DNA of 64,000 nucleotides from the NCBI RefSeq assembly GCF_000150275.1, contig NW_002060945.1:8262011-8326010 (forward strand). The letters run 5' to 3'. How positions within the stretch are numbered: the stretch's first letter is position 1; each line of letters begins with the position of its first letter. This DNA is from Trichoplax adhaerens (lineage: Eukaryota > Animalia > Placozoa). Below, in pieces: positions 37,701-50,937 of this stretch. The notes below the pieces were generated by a model that was not told where the DNA came from, searched no databases, and worked only from the letters and a program-made list of their open reading frames with translations. The translations under genes and the position numbers were made by a program.

Positions 37701-39530
37701 ATGCTAAATCTAGTTATAATGGAATAAATTGTCACACTAAAGTCTGATAATTATGAGCACCAACCTTTCGAACAGTAAAGCATACAACTATATACTTATT
37801 GAAACTACATTATACGACTGTGATGTACCGAAATGAATATTCGCGAATTTCAGTTTATACTATGAAATTGATCGCTGTTAGAGAGGAACAAGTCCTTCCA
37901 CATTAGTGGACTTCCTGAATAATGCAGTGATACTGAATTTAAATTTATTCTGCTCAATAAGGACGTTGATTTACTTCTAGAAATCCTTAAATTGAGAAAC
38001 AAACCAAAGGGCACAGCCCATCAGCCTACATGTATATGTATAAAATGAAGTGGAATCTAGAGCACTGAAATCGAATTAGCCTGCGGATACTGCGTTAAGT
38101 ATATTTAGTAAAGATATTTAACTTCCCATTTCCATAAAAGCATGAAATGAAAAGGTGAAATTATTGTTATGTTCTCTTCATTGGTGCATCAGATCTTATC
38201 TCGATAGAAACCTGTACACGGATAAGCCATGAATTAACCATAACACAAAAATTTAGACTTGCAGGCGATAACAATTATTATATGATCGATTATAATTATG
38301 TCATACGAAAACAAAAAAAACTCAATTATTTATCATTCTGCTGGAGATGCTTTACTCATCCTAAAATAATTCAATTTACTCCTACGGTTTTTTGAATAGA
38401 TTACTGTAATAAAAAGTAAGAAAAATTATAAACTGCTTTTCCATTTATTCTGGAATCAAATGATTATTGGTAAAACTTTTGATTTCAATGCCCGAAAGCA
38501 TTAAGCATAATTAATAATGAAAATGTCATTTACGCCTTTATACAATACCAACTTAAAATCTTATTGACGTTGAATTTATTTGACTACTGGGCTTACGGCG
38601 CCTAGATAGATTCCCTTACCATAAAGCGAATCGATACTGAAATTAACTAAGTATTATTTCTCTATTCGTAATTAAAAGATGAATCAAGTTTTACCAAATT
38701 TGCCGCACAAAAATGCTTAAAGATATGCTCTATATTGAATGATTGAAATTACTATTTTCATTCTTGGACTCCCACATGATAGTTATCATGTTGGTCAATT
38801 CATATTAAAAACCAGAGTAGACGATACTTTAATGCCTATTCTCCCCCACATTCTAGAACTTGTGAATTATTTCTAATCTATCACAATTGCGTCTTCTAGA
38901 AATTATCGGTAAATTGTGTCCATTGCTAGACCTTCACAGGTTAATAAGGCAAAAGATAATCTTAAATTGTTTACAAATCCATTTTCTAGACACCCAGTAT
39001 TTAACGGATATACTCAGTTAAAGCGATATTAATAGAATGCATTTAATATAATTGCCATGATGCAATTTCAAAGCCCGACGGCTATAATAAAGATAGCTCT
39101 ATGATACATTGCATCATTTCAAAGCTAATCTTGATAAATTTGAATTAATGCAACAACATAAATACTGGTATGAGAAAACATTAGCTTAGGTCCCTCTCTT
39201 AATTATTTCCTCGCTCCATTAGAACACAGGATACTAAATGATTTTGCTAATACCGAATACTTAAACGGTGACCTATTTTTTAACAATAATACCTACCTCC
39301 GTATCCCATACATCCATGGAAAGTTTATATTCAGGCAAAATATCGGATCTATTATTGATATCTAGGATAGCCAGTCTACCAGCATCCAATGTCATTTTTC
39401 CAAGAAATGTAATGTACGTGTTACTTAATGGTAGAAAGCCCGCAATTGTTAGAGTTTTATTCTTGGCTGCAACAGTCAAGGAGAAGCTTGATGTGAAGAG
39501 TATTATTATACTGCACCATAAAACCTTCAT
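28748..39530 (-). CDS. GABA-B-receptor-like class C GPCR (signal peptide, Venus flytrap, 7TM, no Cys-rich domain), paralogue 1; TM5-6 region falls in an assembly gap
   Basis: About 15 exons: 39530-39297 (MKVLW..LAILDINNRSDILPEYKL), 36368-36231, 35920-35750 (YPHFFTTE..YNWTRVATI), 34582-34481, 34069-34004, ~33352-33157 (AYHQGLYGPHYIWF), ~32248-32030 (GYDAMWALALALN), GPVRF exon, TM1 exon ~31358-31209, ~30898-30658 (IKMSSP..KTWRVYRIF), ..MCLVFIPK, and last exon ~28822-28748. Confidence 0.9.
34870..35355 (-). mobile_element. Solo LTR family A (486 bp), intronic
   Basis: Near-identical reverse complement of 53912-54397, flanked by 5-bp direct repeat GCTAC (34865-69 and 35356-60). Confidence 0.88.
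37446..37790. repeat. Degenerate tandem repeat, about 3 units of 115-135 bp, in intron 1 of GPCR paralogue 1
   Basis: Recurrent GGTAATGC(C)TAA..., AATTATAAGCACCTGTCTT..GGTAAAA..TAACTAAT blocks near 37500, 37635 and 37750. Confidence 0.7.
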
Positions 39531-42500
39531 AGTGGCAATCCCGAGTTATATAAATTTAGATTCCCAAAGTGATGATCGTTGATTAGAATTAAAAGTAGGT
39601 TACGAAGATACAATCGCTCGCTTTAACTTGTCCGTAATATTCCTACGCAAATCCCCAACGTCTACTACAAGTTGAACTAATATTACAGTAATAACGGAAT
39701 TCGATTGCAATTGTACTGTCACAAATATGCATTAATGCCTACAATAATAGCTTAAAATTTGAAGGCTGCTTGATTCCTTATTGTACAGTGCTAAAATAAA
39801 GGGTTTATCCATTCGAAATAAAGCAGTATATTGTTGTATTCCAGTAATCTATATTTATCGATATAATACGTAATAATTATAAAGAACGCGAATCTTTACA
39901 ATATCACAATAGTTTTTTTCGGCTACAAGTATATTCAGCTATTCATAAGGAAAAGCTGGTTATTATCTACCGCGGTTACAATCAATCATATAGCTTAATT
40001 TAGCAGGTAATTTTGCTGGCTTTGTACTTAAACACAATATCCTAAACAAAATCAAAAATTGATATCCATAAATTAATCATAAAATGGAATAATATTACCT
40101 GCAAGGCTTACTTTATTGTTTTATTTTTACATTATAGAAAACTATATCTTGTGGCGAACGAAAGTATAAATTAGTTATGTTAAGCTTACATCATTATTAA
40201 AAAAATTTAGAGTCTATGTGATAATAGATTGATGTCAATCTGTCTTCTTAATACAGGATTTCATGAGGCAAAGGAATCGAATAATCTAAAAGGACGCGCT
40301 GAATTCGTTAGGTATATCCGCATAAAAATTGGAAAGATTTCTCTCAAATATCTAAACACAATTTATTGTGTTAAAGAGCAATAAAATAGTGAAAATAATA
40401 TTTTCGCAAGTTTTCAGGTTGTAGACGAGAGACTTGAAAATTTACTCTCTCGCCTTGGAAGTCAGTCCAATTATTAGTTTCAAATTGCAACAGCTTTAGC
40501 CAAAAAATTTGCTATCTTTTGGTCTAAAAGTACTTGTCGAATTTAATATTTACTATATTATGCAAGAAAAATTTAATCAGCTTTTCAAATTTCTTGTCTC
40601 AGAATTAGCTAATATTTGGTTGTATGATAATAATTCGTGTAATCAACTCTTAAGAGAGAATCAATTCCAGCAGGATAGGCATCACAGAAGAAGTAAAACA
40701 AATGAATTTACTTCGTATTATTACAGAAACAACAAAATAAAAATGATCCAATAGATAGCAAAGCTGCCGAACTGTCAATAAGTTTTGATGGTGATGTCAA
40801 TGCTGATCAATAAGTCAATAATAAATAGGAATGGATAATAGATTTAGTCAAAAGAATTTTTACATAACTGAATCTTGAATATTACAATAAGCACATAAAC
40901 AGAATATATTAAGGATCAAGTATTCAATTTGCTATTTATATGAAAGTAGATTACGGCTGAGGGCAAGCTAATGGATTATAGAAATTTATCGCCATTACCT
41001 CTTATAATACGATTGTACAAAAATCGCACTTTCATTATAACCTACAGTAGATTAATTCTATGTTATTCTTGCACAAACATAATCTTTCAACAACGAGTGA
41101 CTCTCAAATTTATTGTCGATAAGCAGGCTGCAACTGCCAATTATAAATGCATTGAGAGCCTGTATCAAATGATATTCAGAGGTAATTTCCTGTCGGATAT
41201 TAATGAAATAATACAATAATTTGGCTATCATATATTATTAATGCACCTAGAGTTATTGATCATTAATTACGAAAACATATATAGAACCTTTTGAAACCTC
41301 TTCACTTTATTGTATCTAAACATCTCGAGGAGATCATGTAACACCTATCTAGATCTCTATTTAATATTCTTCGCCATTCCATCACCAAGATATCATAGTT
41401 TTACATAAATAGCTCTTAACATGGATGCGAATTAGAGGCCTATGTAATTGCCTAAGAAAAATGCCTAGGATCCCTGATAATCCTGATTGTTATGCCACAA
41501 AACTGTTTCATTTTTAATAAGTACCTAGTTGCTGTAAAATTATTAACCTTTAGCTTTAAAACACTCGCTTATTATCAGTATTATTGCTTAAACATTAACA
41601 ACGAATGGGTGTATATATCTTTTTAGACACTTATTAGAATTATGAATAGGAATAATACTAATAATCAACAGACACAAACGGTAGAGTGGACTGTTAACTA
41701 AGTTTTCTTTAATATACTTATAATTCACGAAATAATTTATGTACTGACGGTATTTAATTACCAGCCCATTTCTCTGAATTGCATTAAGAATTAAATCCTT
41801 TAATCATTTAAAATGTAAACAGCTTTTTAAATCTATTATTATCTAAATACAAAAATACGGACGGCCCAGATAGCTATAATTTCCTTAATATTCGTACCCG
41901 CTATAGCCTAAAATCATTGCCATCCCTGTAGTATCTTCAAAACTAACTCTTTACCTATGCCTTTGCCACGCATTCGATTATTACCAATTTCTCAAGTACT
42001 ACGCTAAAATGGATACAAATCATCATCGGGCCAATACTAGATCTTCCAAGACTATTTCATCGCATTGTAAGACAATAAAATAATAATTTAATAAATTGAT
42101 TGATCCATAATCAAACATTTACCGTATTCTATCCAATAATCTGCTATTATAATTTTTTAGCGATAGTCTACTAACTTACAACAGTCCATTTCACGTATTA
42201 TATAGATGCAATAGCTAAATTAATTTTTGAATCCATTAGAGTAGATTGAGCTAGGCTAAGCCATATGATAATGGCCAAGCCAACATTTCAGATATTATTA
42301 TTCCTTCAAGCTCAACATATGTTAATATCCATACATTTTTTATTGTTAAAATCAGGTAAATAAAAATAAGAATGAAGACGATGAGCCTAGTAGGCTACGC
42401 ATACATTATCAAGTGATATTTACTAATCAATACTCGTATTGAGAACATTACTTAAAATAGAAAATAATTGACGTATGAGATAAGTTTCAACATCAATACA

Positions 42501-43990
42501 ATCAAAATATCCTTTACGATACCTTAATCTTATTGATATTTAAAATTCATCCTAAAGAATCAATTTAGCTACTCAGTTACAACAATAATGAATTATACGA
42601 ATAACTTACGGCTGGATAAGAAGATTAATGAGCATTTATTATATCGTAATTATCTAAAATATAATATTCCGTGTATCGTTAATAGATAATATTTTCCATT
42701 ATAAAATAGCTTCAGGGTATTGATTTAAGGACTATTATGCTTTTAGTTTCAGTAAACCGGAATAAAATGATTTTATTTTCTGAAATGGCTAAAACTAGCT
42801 ATCTTTGCTGCAATATGCTAATTATTTTCCTGAAATAGGAGTTTTAATATTGCCCTAGCACCTACAAAGAACGTTTCGTTTTGCAATAGTGTAGTAAGAA
42901 TCCAGCAAAATGCGATTCTAAAATATCATAAACTTGATAAGAATATATCTTACACGAACCTAATGCCATTATTTCTGCAAATATTAGGCTGACTTATAAT
43001 ATTAATGTGGTAACATTTTATTAATCATATTAGATGATGTTCTTAATCACAAAGATAGAATTTATGGCTTAAATGAGCTATTGACTCTAGACTTAAAGCC
43101 TAGAGGTACGACTACTTCATTTTCTTTATAATTGTAAAGATTGCACTCTGAATTTTATTACGAATGATCTTTTGTTGAAAAAAGAATTAGAAATATTCAT
43201 AAAATTAGGAAACTGCTGATATTCATTACATATTTCTGAAGTCAAATGCTCATTAGACCATTATTCTATTTCTAGTCTTCATTCTTGTTCAACATCTATA
43301 CCTATTTCAGCTTTAACCTAGCCAAAGCCTTAGACATTTCAGCTATAAAATTACTCCTTATTACAACAAAATCAGATTTAAACAGCCATTATCGTTTGTC
43401 ATAGCAGCTAATTAAGCTAGTTCAATAAATAACTTTATATATAATCGCACGAATTTATCCTTGATGAGATACAGTCAAGAAAACTAAGGGAGAAAAAGAC
43501 CGCAAATGTAACTCTCATTGATCGTCAAGTATTCTAATGAATATTGTACCTTGCGGACTTTAATAATGAGAAATGTACTAATAAAATATTTTATTGATAT
43601 TGGAATGTGACTAAAAATTTGTTACTAGTGTAAAATATCGAGAAACTGAACGTGAACCATCTAGATATTCATAATTAGAACCGTAGTTCAATATTTTATA
43701 CAAAAAAATAACACAGCCGTAATAGAAAGTGTACACTTTTGTATACTCGTACTAATTTATTTTACTCGTAAAATGTCCTATCTTAATCTCACAGCCAGAA
43801 ATTGCGATACTTACTCTAACCAAAGTATAGCAGTACCCGTTATTTTACTCGTAAAATGTACTATTCTGATTTCATAGCCATAAATTAGATACTTACTCTC
43901 AACGAAGTAAAACGGTAACAGTAACTTAATACTATGATTAAAGAATTACTGTGGATTGACAACTAGTCATTTTATAAAAAACTTACCGTC

Positions 43991-44517
43991 TGTTACGGTG
44001 TTGCCTTACCATTAGAACAGTTTAATAAGTACAGTAGTAGCTAGTGCTGGGTAAGGTAAGTAATGCCTTAACGTGGATGTTGTTTGTGATAGTTCATTAA
44101 ATATCTGATATTGATTGTTATTGTGTGATAGATGGCAGTAAGATGATTCAAGTTCTAGTTGATGATAGTTGAATTAGACAACCTACGAGCTTAGATTAAG
44201 AATAAGTATGAGTAAGAGATTCAAAATATTTACTGATAGAAAAGCCATGCAAGGAACATCTCAGTTTGAGATGTTTCTCCTAGTAAGGCATAATTATAAT
44301 ACTATTGTTGTTTACAAATTAGACGGTTCCTATATAAACGGTAACATTGGAGTTGAGTGGTGTAGTAAAAGTTGTAGATGTATCTTTGCTAATAAAAGTC
44401 TAATCTTTACAGTATTTTGCTGTGTGTGTTTAACGTTAAGTAAAAGGGCGTTTAAGTCAGTAGCTACTTAAAAACTTTTACTGTATGTTACCTTGTAGCA
44501 GAAGTGAAATTGTGACA
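43991..44517. mobile_element. Probable older solo LTR family E (527 bp)
   Basis: Starts TGTTAC, ends GTGACA, and is absent from the paralogous site near 54667. The target-site duplication is imperfect (CCGTC/CCATT). Confidence 0.55.
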
Positions 44518-45069
44518 CCATTATACCTAAATTGACGTCAGGTAATGTGAAAAATTTATTTCAGTCGTTTAATTGATATCAAGAAACATCCTAAATACAT
44601 ATTAAAAGTATTTTTAGAAGCGAAATTAGTTTCCTTTATTATAATCGAATAAAACGTAATAGACAAATCTGATACCATAAAATTACCAAGTAACGCTTGG
44701 CCATTACCGACATTGGCCAAGCGTTACCTGGCCAATAAATTTCTGTTTTTTAACAGTATTAGATTAATACGTTTACTATAGGATGTAAGCTTATGCTATA
44801 TTATTTTGTATGGAATTGATTGCTTGTAAAAATAATCTAAGTCCGTTTATCCGGTTTATCTTAGCCGTTTTCGACTGATTATATGAGGTGAAAATTGAAT
44901 TCACTCTCACGGATAGACGGAATAATAAACGTAGTTTTAAAATTACTCTCTCGGTTGTGACGATTTATTGCATATCATAAGGATTTGCTTAACTTAAATA
45001 ACTCAGATTAAGAGTTAGAGGTCGCGAACCTATAGTAATGGTAAAAGACTATTACTCGGTCATAACAAT

Positions 45070-48000
45070 GTTATTTAAATCTGTGTTTCTAAACAAGATG
45101 ATTGTAACTGTATGTAGTAGAGCTGAACAGTTACGATGAATATTATTTACTACATGAATCACAATTCAAATTCTGTAAATATAACGCTAAACTAATAGCT
45201 AGTATCAAAACAGGATATCGAATGTGCTTATAGAATTTAGTGATATTTTCTTACTAAAACCTTCGAGCTTAAATATGTTATTAACAAAGTGTTAGGTAAA
45301 GCTATTCTTACTTTCGCTTTCTTTTCATTATATTAAGCGAAAGGAAAACAATTGCCAAAATTATTGCCGCGATTGCCAGTACATTTACAGTGATAAAGAC
45401 ATGCTGGGAAACACCAATAATTCTGACTTCAACTGAAACCGTATCAGCGGGTACAGCTCCACCTAGAATTATCATTAATAATGAATTATTATTAAGTACA
45501 TACAAATCACGGAAATCTGTAATCTGGAGGTAAGAAGTGCTAATTGCAGAAATATGAAAAATACGGCGATTATTAAACTATCTAACTGTCTCCATAACGA
45601 GAAAATGATATTTCTTAAGGATAAATCTCGTAAACTAACATTACTGATTGTTAGTGTAATGGGTAGTCCTCAAAGGTAATGTTGACTTTCTTAATCTAAC
45701 ATATTAGCATTTAGTATTTATCGTCCAAGCTAAAAAAGTAAGACTGTGCAGGACATACCTATCCAATAGATTTTATTCTCATAAATCTGTAGTTCATTTG
45801 TTATACCATAATGTAGACTAATAGGAATAACGTTCGATTCGTTTCCAATAACTATTAGTGTAGCCAATATTGAATAATTAAACATTGCTTAAGCCTATTT
45901 ACGCATATTAGCTGAATTCGTATCATTTAGTTAAAGCTTAATATATTAGTAAATCAGCCAATTTAGAAAGAATTTTTAGTAAAGATTAAGTTATCAAGGT
46001 ACAGTATGAATAAATCGTAAAGATATTTGTATTTCAGTTTTTATTCCGAATAATTAAACAGGGTCTTTCTGACTATACGTAGTAGTAACAGTGGAGTGAA
46101 CGCAACTATTACATAAGGATTATTTTCAATCAAGAAAAAGAATTGTATTACTAAATGTGATGCTAATACATCTCATCAAAAGACAGTAACTTATTCAAGT
46201 ATAGAATCGCAAATTTCTTCCATCAAACATAACATAGAAAGATTAATCAATCTCTCTCCTTAATGTACTCTGTGCTTACTCTGATTTTGATAGATATAGA
46301 CATCACTTATATCTCATCAAATAAAATACTTCTTATCATGGTATTACTATTGTTGTATATATAGTTCGTAATAGATTAAATACGATATCTTAACCATAAA
46401 GGCATAAATAAAGGAAACACTATATATGTACCTATATGATGATTGTATGGTAGTACTTGTAATACAGTAGGTGATAACATTGTAAAAGGCGGACTGATAA
46501 GTTACTAATTGTAGTGCGAAGTATAAACTGTAATCGTATCGAGGTGTAACCTCGTGTAGCTATAAATACCGATCAACTAATAATAAAATGCGGTTATCAA
46601 TCTTACTCACGGAGTGAACTTATTATTGAAGAACAGAACAACTATAATTAAAATCAGATAAGGACCTTCCATTTTTTTTCAGTATATTTTCAGTTCTATT
46701 TAGTGCTAGTGCTAGCGCCCACACTGCGTCATAGCCATTAGTTTGGAAATACTTGAAAGGCGAGTTAAGAGGATTTACTACGAAATTATTATAATGTTCA
46801 ATATATTGCGATGAGTTCTAGTTAGAATACAAGTAACATACGATATATTTTAATGTTAGTAAATTATTCGTTAATTTACCCTTCTTTCATATATAAATAT
46901 CTATTAATTTATTTCAAACACAGGAACTATAAACAAAATGTCATTTATAATTCATGAATAAGGAGATAGAAACTTCACAGTCTACTATCAACTCTATCAC
47001 GAAGAATAAAATTGTAATCAAAGATCTTAATAAAATTCATTATTGTGTATTTTCTATAATATATCTGCAGTAATTTATGATAGCCGAGTTAAAGCTAAAA
47101 CAATCTCACTCACAGACAAGACAGATCATCTTACGAAAACAGAAATAACTTTGCTAGTGTAGAAAGTTCCTATTAGTAAAATGATATACGATAGCTATGT
47201 ATCAATATCTGATAGTCTGAGACAACGCTTACCATCCCTGAGACTGTCGTTTCATCAGAACCAAGCTCGACATTATTAAAGGTAAAATAGGATGACATTG
47301 CTAATTCCAATTGCTCTGACGTGCAGTTAACATTAGCATCTGTACGAAATGCTCTCCACTAATTCTTGATATATCCATAGGTTATAAACCAAACGTAATG
47401 CGACCCATACATTTTTTGATGATAAACCTAACAAAGATTAATTACAAAATACGGAAATCGGCTTTATACACGTAAGATTAAATTTCTATAAATGTAATTA
47501 ATAGTCGTTGCAGTGACTAATTGGTGACAATGATGTAAAATAAGTCAACTTTACGTCTTCTTATTAAGTAACCTTTAATTATTCATATTAAAACTATTAA
47601 AAATTTACAACGTTAAAATGGTTCAATTCGGCACTACTTCGCAAAACAATCTGATGGTAGGAATCAGATCGGCAAATAACAAAATAATCTTAGCACCTTT
47701 CTCCTATAGAAAAGATATCAGTTAAAATTTGATTCTTATGAGTAAGCATTGAAAACTACGCTTAAAATTAGTCAATATAATTAAGTACAGAAGACTGGGA
47801 TAAACACATAGTCTTGCTTCGTACTTAGAATTTAAAAATTATAATTATTGAAGTAATTCTAAAATTCAATGTTTTGTTAGATAAAATGATACTATAACGT
47901 GGACAATAACCATTATTCGATCTTTTTCCTAGAGTAACATCTCAATGATAACATAATTTACTACCTTAACTATAGAAACTTAAATGAATACTATGAAGCT

Positions 48001-49478
48001 GATTATTTGTGCTAATTATAATAAATAACTTCAACTTATTACCTTAATGCTTTTGAGTTGTTCTACTGGAGAAGTAAAAAAAGCTTCTGTAGTGATCAAA
48101 GTGAAATTTAGTTTGTCTGCATCTCTGATAAAATTTTTAGCGGCCTACAGTTTCAAATTTTCAATGATTTTACAGCATTAGACGTCTTACAAATGATTAG
48201 ATCTGTTCTATTTCGATAGAATCAAAATGTAAAATTTTATGACTTAGTTTACAATGTGATAAAATATCATATGTATCGAATGTAGGAGTAGACTTATCAT
48301 ATCAAGAGATAAAATAGTAATAAAACTTTTATTCAGCGAAGTTAAAGAAAAGCTGAAAAATACAAAGTCAATATTTATTGGCCAATATTAGCACATAATT
48401 TAACTTGGCAATTGATTAACTGAAAGTTTAAGGGTTGCTATCAGTTGTTTTCACCATTCTATGTCTTTATTTAGAATTTTATCTAGCAGGTACTCTAGAC
48501 TTATAAATAGATGCAAGTATCTATTTAAGATAAGGGACCTAGTTACGCTACGCCACAAAGTAATACAAATAATATAAATTGTAATCTCTAAGCAGGCTAG
48601 AATTACAGTGCATATGTTATTTTTACGATTATTTTGTCTTATTTAGAATTTTAGCAAACAGCTACTCTAGACTACTGTATAGATGCGAGTATCTATTTAG
48701 GGTAGGTAACCTAGGTATACTACTCTATAAAGTAATACAAATAAAGTAAACTTTAACTTTTGAATAGTCTAGAATTGTATCTAGAATTGTATCTAGAATC
48801 GCAACACTGTGTAGATAATCAATAATAAACTCTACATTATTATAAACTTGGAATCTGTAGCTCTGAGATATGGTGGATCGTAGCAATCCGAGTCCAATTA
48901 AATCGTCGCAGCATGGCTATTCGAATAGGATTAAGAGTTACGTCGGTTGTNTCAGTCGTAAAGAAATAAGGATAGATATCTCTGTTAATTAGAGCAGCAG
49001 AGCTCACTCCGCTGGTTACCTAGCATGAATTAATAGGTTTTACAGTAAATGACTTGCGTTTATTTCGTTAATTTTCTCTAAAATTGATTATTATCTGTTT
49101 TCTTTCATGACATATGCATATTAGGGTAGAATATCTCTATCTTTAATATCTTATTTAGACTAGATAAGAATTACAAGACTCTTATGTATTTTTTATATCG
49201 TACATTTAATGTTTGTAGATGGAGAGAAGAATAAACAGCAATAATGTGATAAGATAATTTGGAGCAATTCTAGACAGTCTTAATAACAATTGTCATGATT
49301 CTACACTTAATACAGTCTAAGTATATTATTATCTTTACCGTGACTAGATTCCAATATTTAGTCAATGAAGCTACCGGTCTAGAGCCAACCGTAGTCAGTG
49401 GTCCAAAAGTAGCAATTTTAATGGGCGGATTATTGATAGCATCTATGAAACTTTTAGTTGCAACCCAAGATTTATACT
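45070..49478 (-). pseudogene. Disrupted GABA-B-like receptor copy (exons 2-10 only)
   Basis: Compared with the 55186-63145 copy: a ~38-bp deletion near 48857 removes the exon-3 splice donor, a 290-bp LTR sits inside exon 7 (46351-46640), a deletion at ~46310 removes the exon 7/8 junction, and everything after the TM1 exon is lost. Confidence 0.88.
46351..46640 (+). mobile_element. Solo LTR family D (290 bp) inserted in a coding exon
   Basis: TGTTG...GAACA with perfect 5-bp TSD ACTAT (46346-50, 46641-45). Internal TATAAATA (~46561) then AATAAA. Empty site at ~59186. Confidence 0.88.
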
Positions 49479-50111
49479 AGAAGCAAGAAATAATACAAAT
49501 TAGTTTATAGAATATAGGCGTTATACCATTAGAGATTTCATATAGAGTAATATAACATTAGTCCGATAGGAATTATAACTTATCAAGTAACGACATATTT
49601 GATACGGATCATTATTTCTATCGTAATCTCACATCATTTCGATTTTTATAGTCATCTAATGTTTACGCGTATACAAGTAATACTTAGAAATTTTATGCAA
49701 GAAAAGTTATAAGTGCACACCCAGTTATTATATTTTCATTAGTTACTATTTATCACTACTGGTAGTTAGTTATTAACAATTTACTTCCATGGTATTATAT
49801 ATAGTAATCGTTATACCATGTGATATTACAATTTATCATTAATCCAACCTCCTTNNNNNNNNNNNNNNNNNNNNNNNNNNNNNNNNNNNNNNNNNNNNNN
49901 NNNNNNNNNNNNNNNNNNNNNNNNNNNNNNNNNNNNNNNNNNNNNNNNNNNNNNNNNNNNNNNNNNNNNNNNNNNNNNNNNNNNNNNNNNNNNNNNNNNN
50001 NNNNNNNNNNNNNNNNNNNNNNNNNNNNNNNNNNNNNNNNNNNNNNNNNNNNNNNNNNNNNNNNNNNNNNNNNNNNNNNNNNNNNNNNNNNNNNNNNNNN
50101 NNNNNNNNNNN

Positions 50112-50328
50112 GTAAAAAAAGGTAAAAGGTTGCCGTGCGGATTGTAGCTGCGAATGCTACGAAAAGTATAAAAGCATGCAACTTTAGACTATTCTGTTAA
50201 TTCTTTCTAGAAGTCTTTAGTGGTAGTATTCGGCTAGAGTTGAGCTGTGTGTAGTTGATCTTTGTATAAGATTCAATAAAGCCCTTATTTTTCTAAAATT
50301 TGGAATTTTGTGATCGGTATATATCATA
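50112..50328 (+). mobile_element. Right end of solo LTR family B, left part in the gap
   Basis: Matches 61674-61890 with the same right flank CGAGTGTAGGAG. Confidence 0.85.
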
Positions 50329-50937
50329 CGAGTGTAGGAGTAGACTTATCATATCAAGAGATAAAATAGTAATAAAACTTTTATTCAGCGAAGTTAAAGA
50401 AAAGCTGAAAAATACAAAGTCAATATTTATTGGCCAATATTAGCACATACTTTAACTTGGCAATTGATTAACTGAATGTTTAAGGGTTGCTATCAGTTGT
50501 TTTCACCATTCTATGTCTTATTTAGAATTTTATCTAGCAGGTACTCTAGACTTATAAATAGATGCAAGTAGCTATTTAAGATAAGGGACCTAGTTATGCT
50601 ACGCCACAAAGTAATACAAATAATATAAATTGTAATCTCTAAGCAGGCTAGAATTACAGTGCATATGTTATTTTTATGATTATTTTGTCTTATTTAGAGT
50701 TTTAGCAAACAGCTACTCTAGACTACTGTATAGATGCGAGTATCTATTTAGGGTAGGTAACCTAGGTATACTACTCTATAAAGTAATACAAATAAAGTAA
50801 ACTTTAACTTTTGAATAGTCTAGAATTGTATCTAGAATTGTATCTAGAATCGCAACACTGTGTAGATAATCAATAATAAACTCTACATTATTATAAACTT
50901 GGAATCTTTCAGTCATATACATTTAGTTTATTACTTA

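Larger units (their letters stand above)
43480..49853. repeat. Recent segmental duplicate of about 53668-63340 carrying internal deletions and insertions
   Basis: 43480-44680 matches 53668-54840, and 45070-49676 matches 57731-63343 almost base for base, including introns. Confidence 0.92.
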
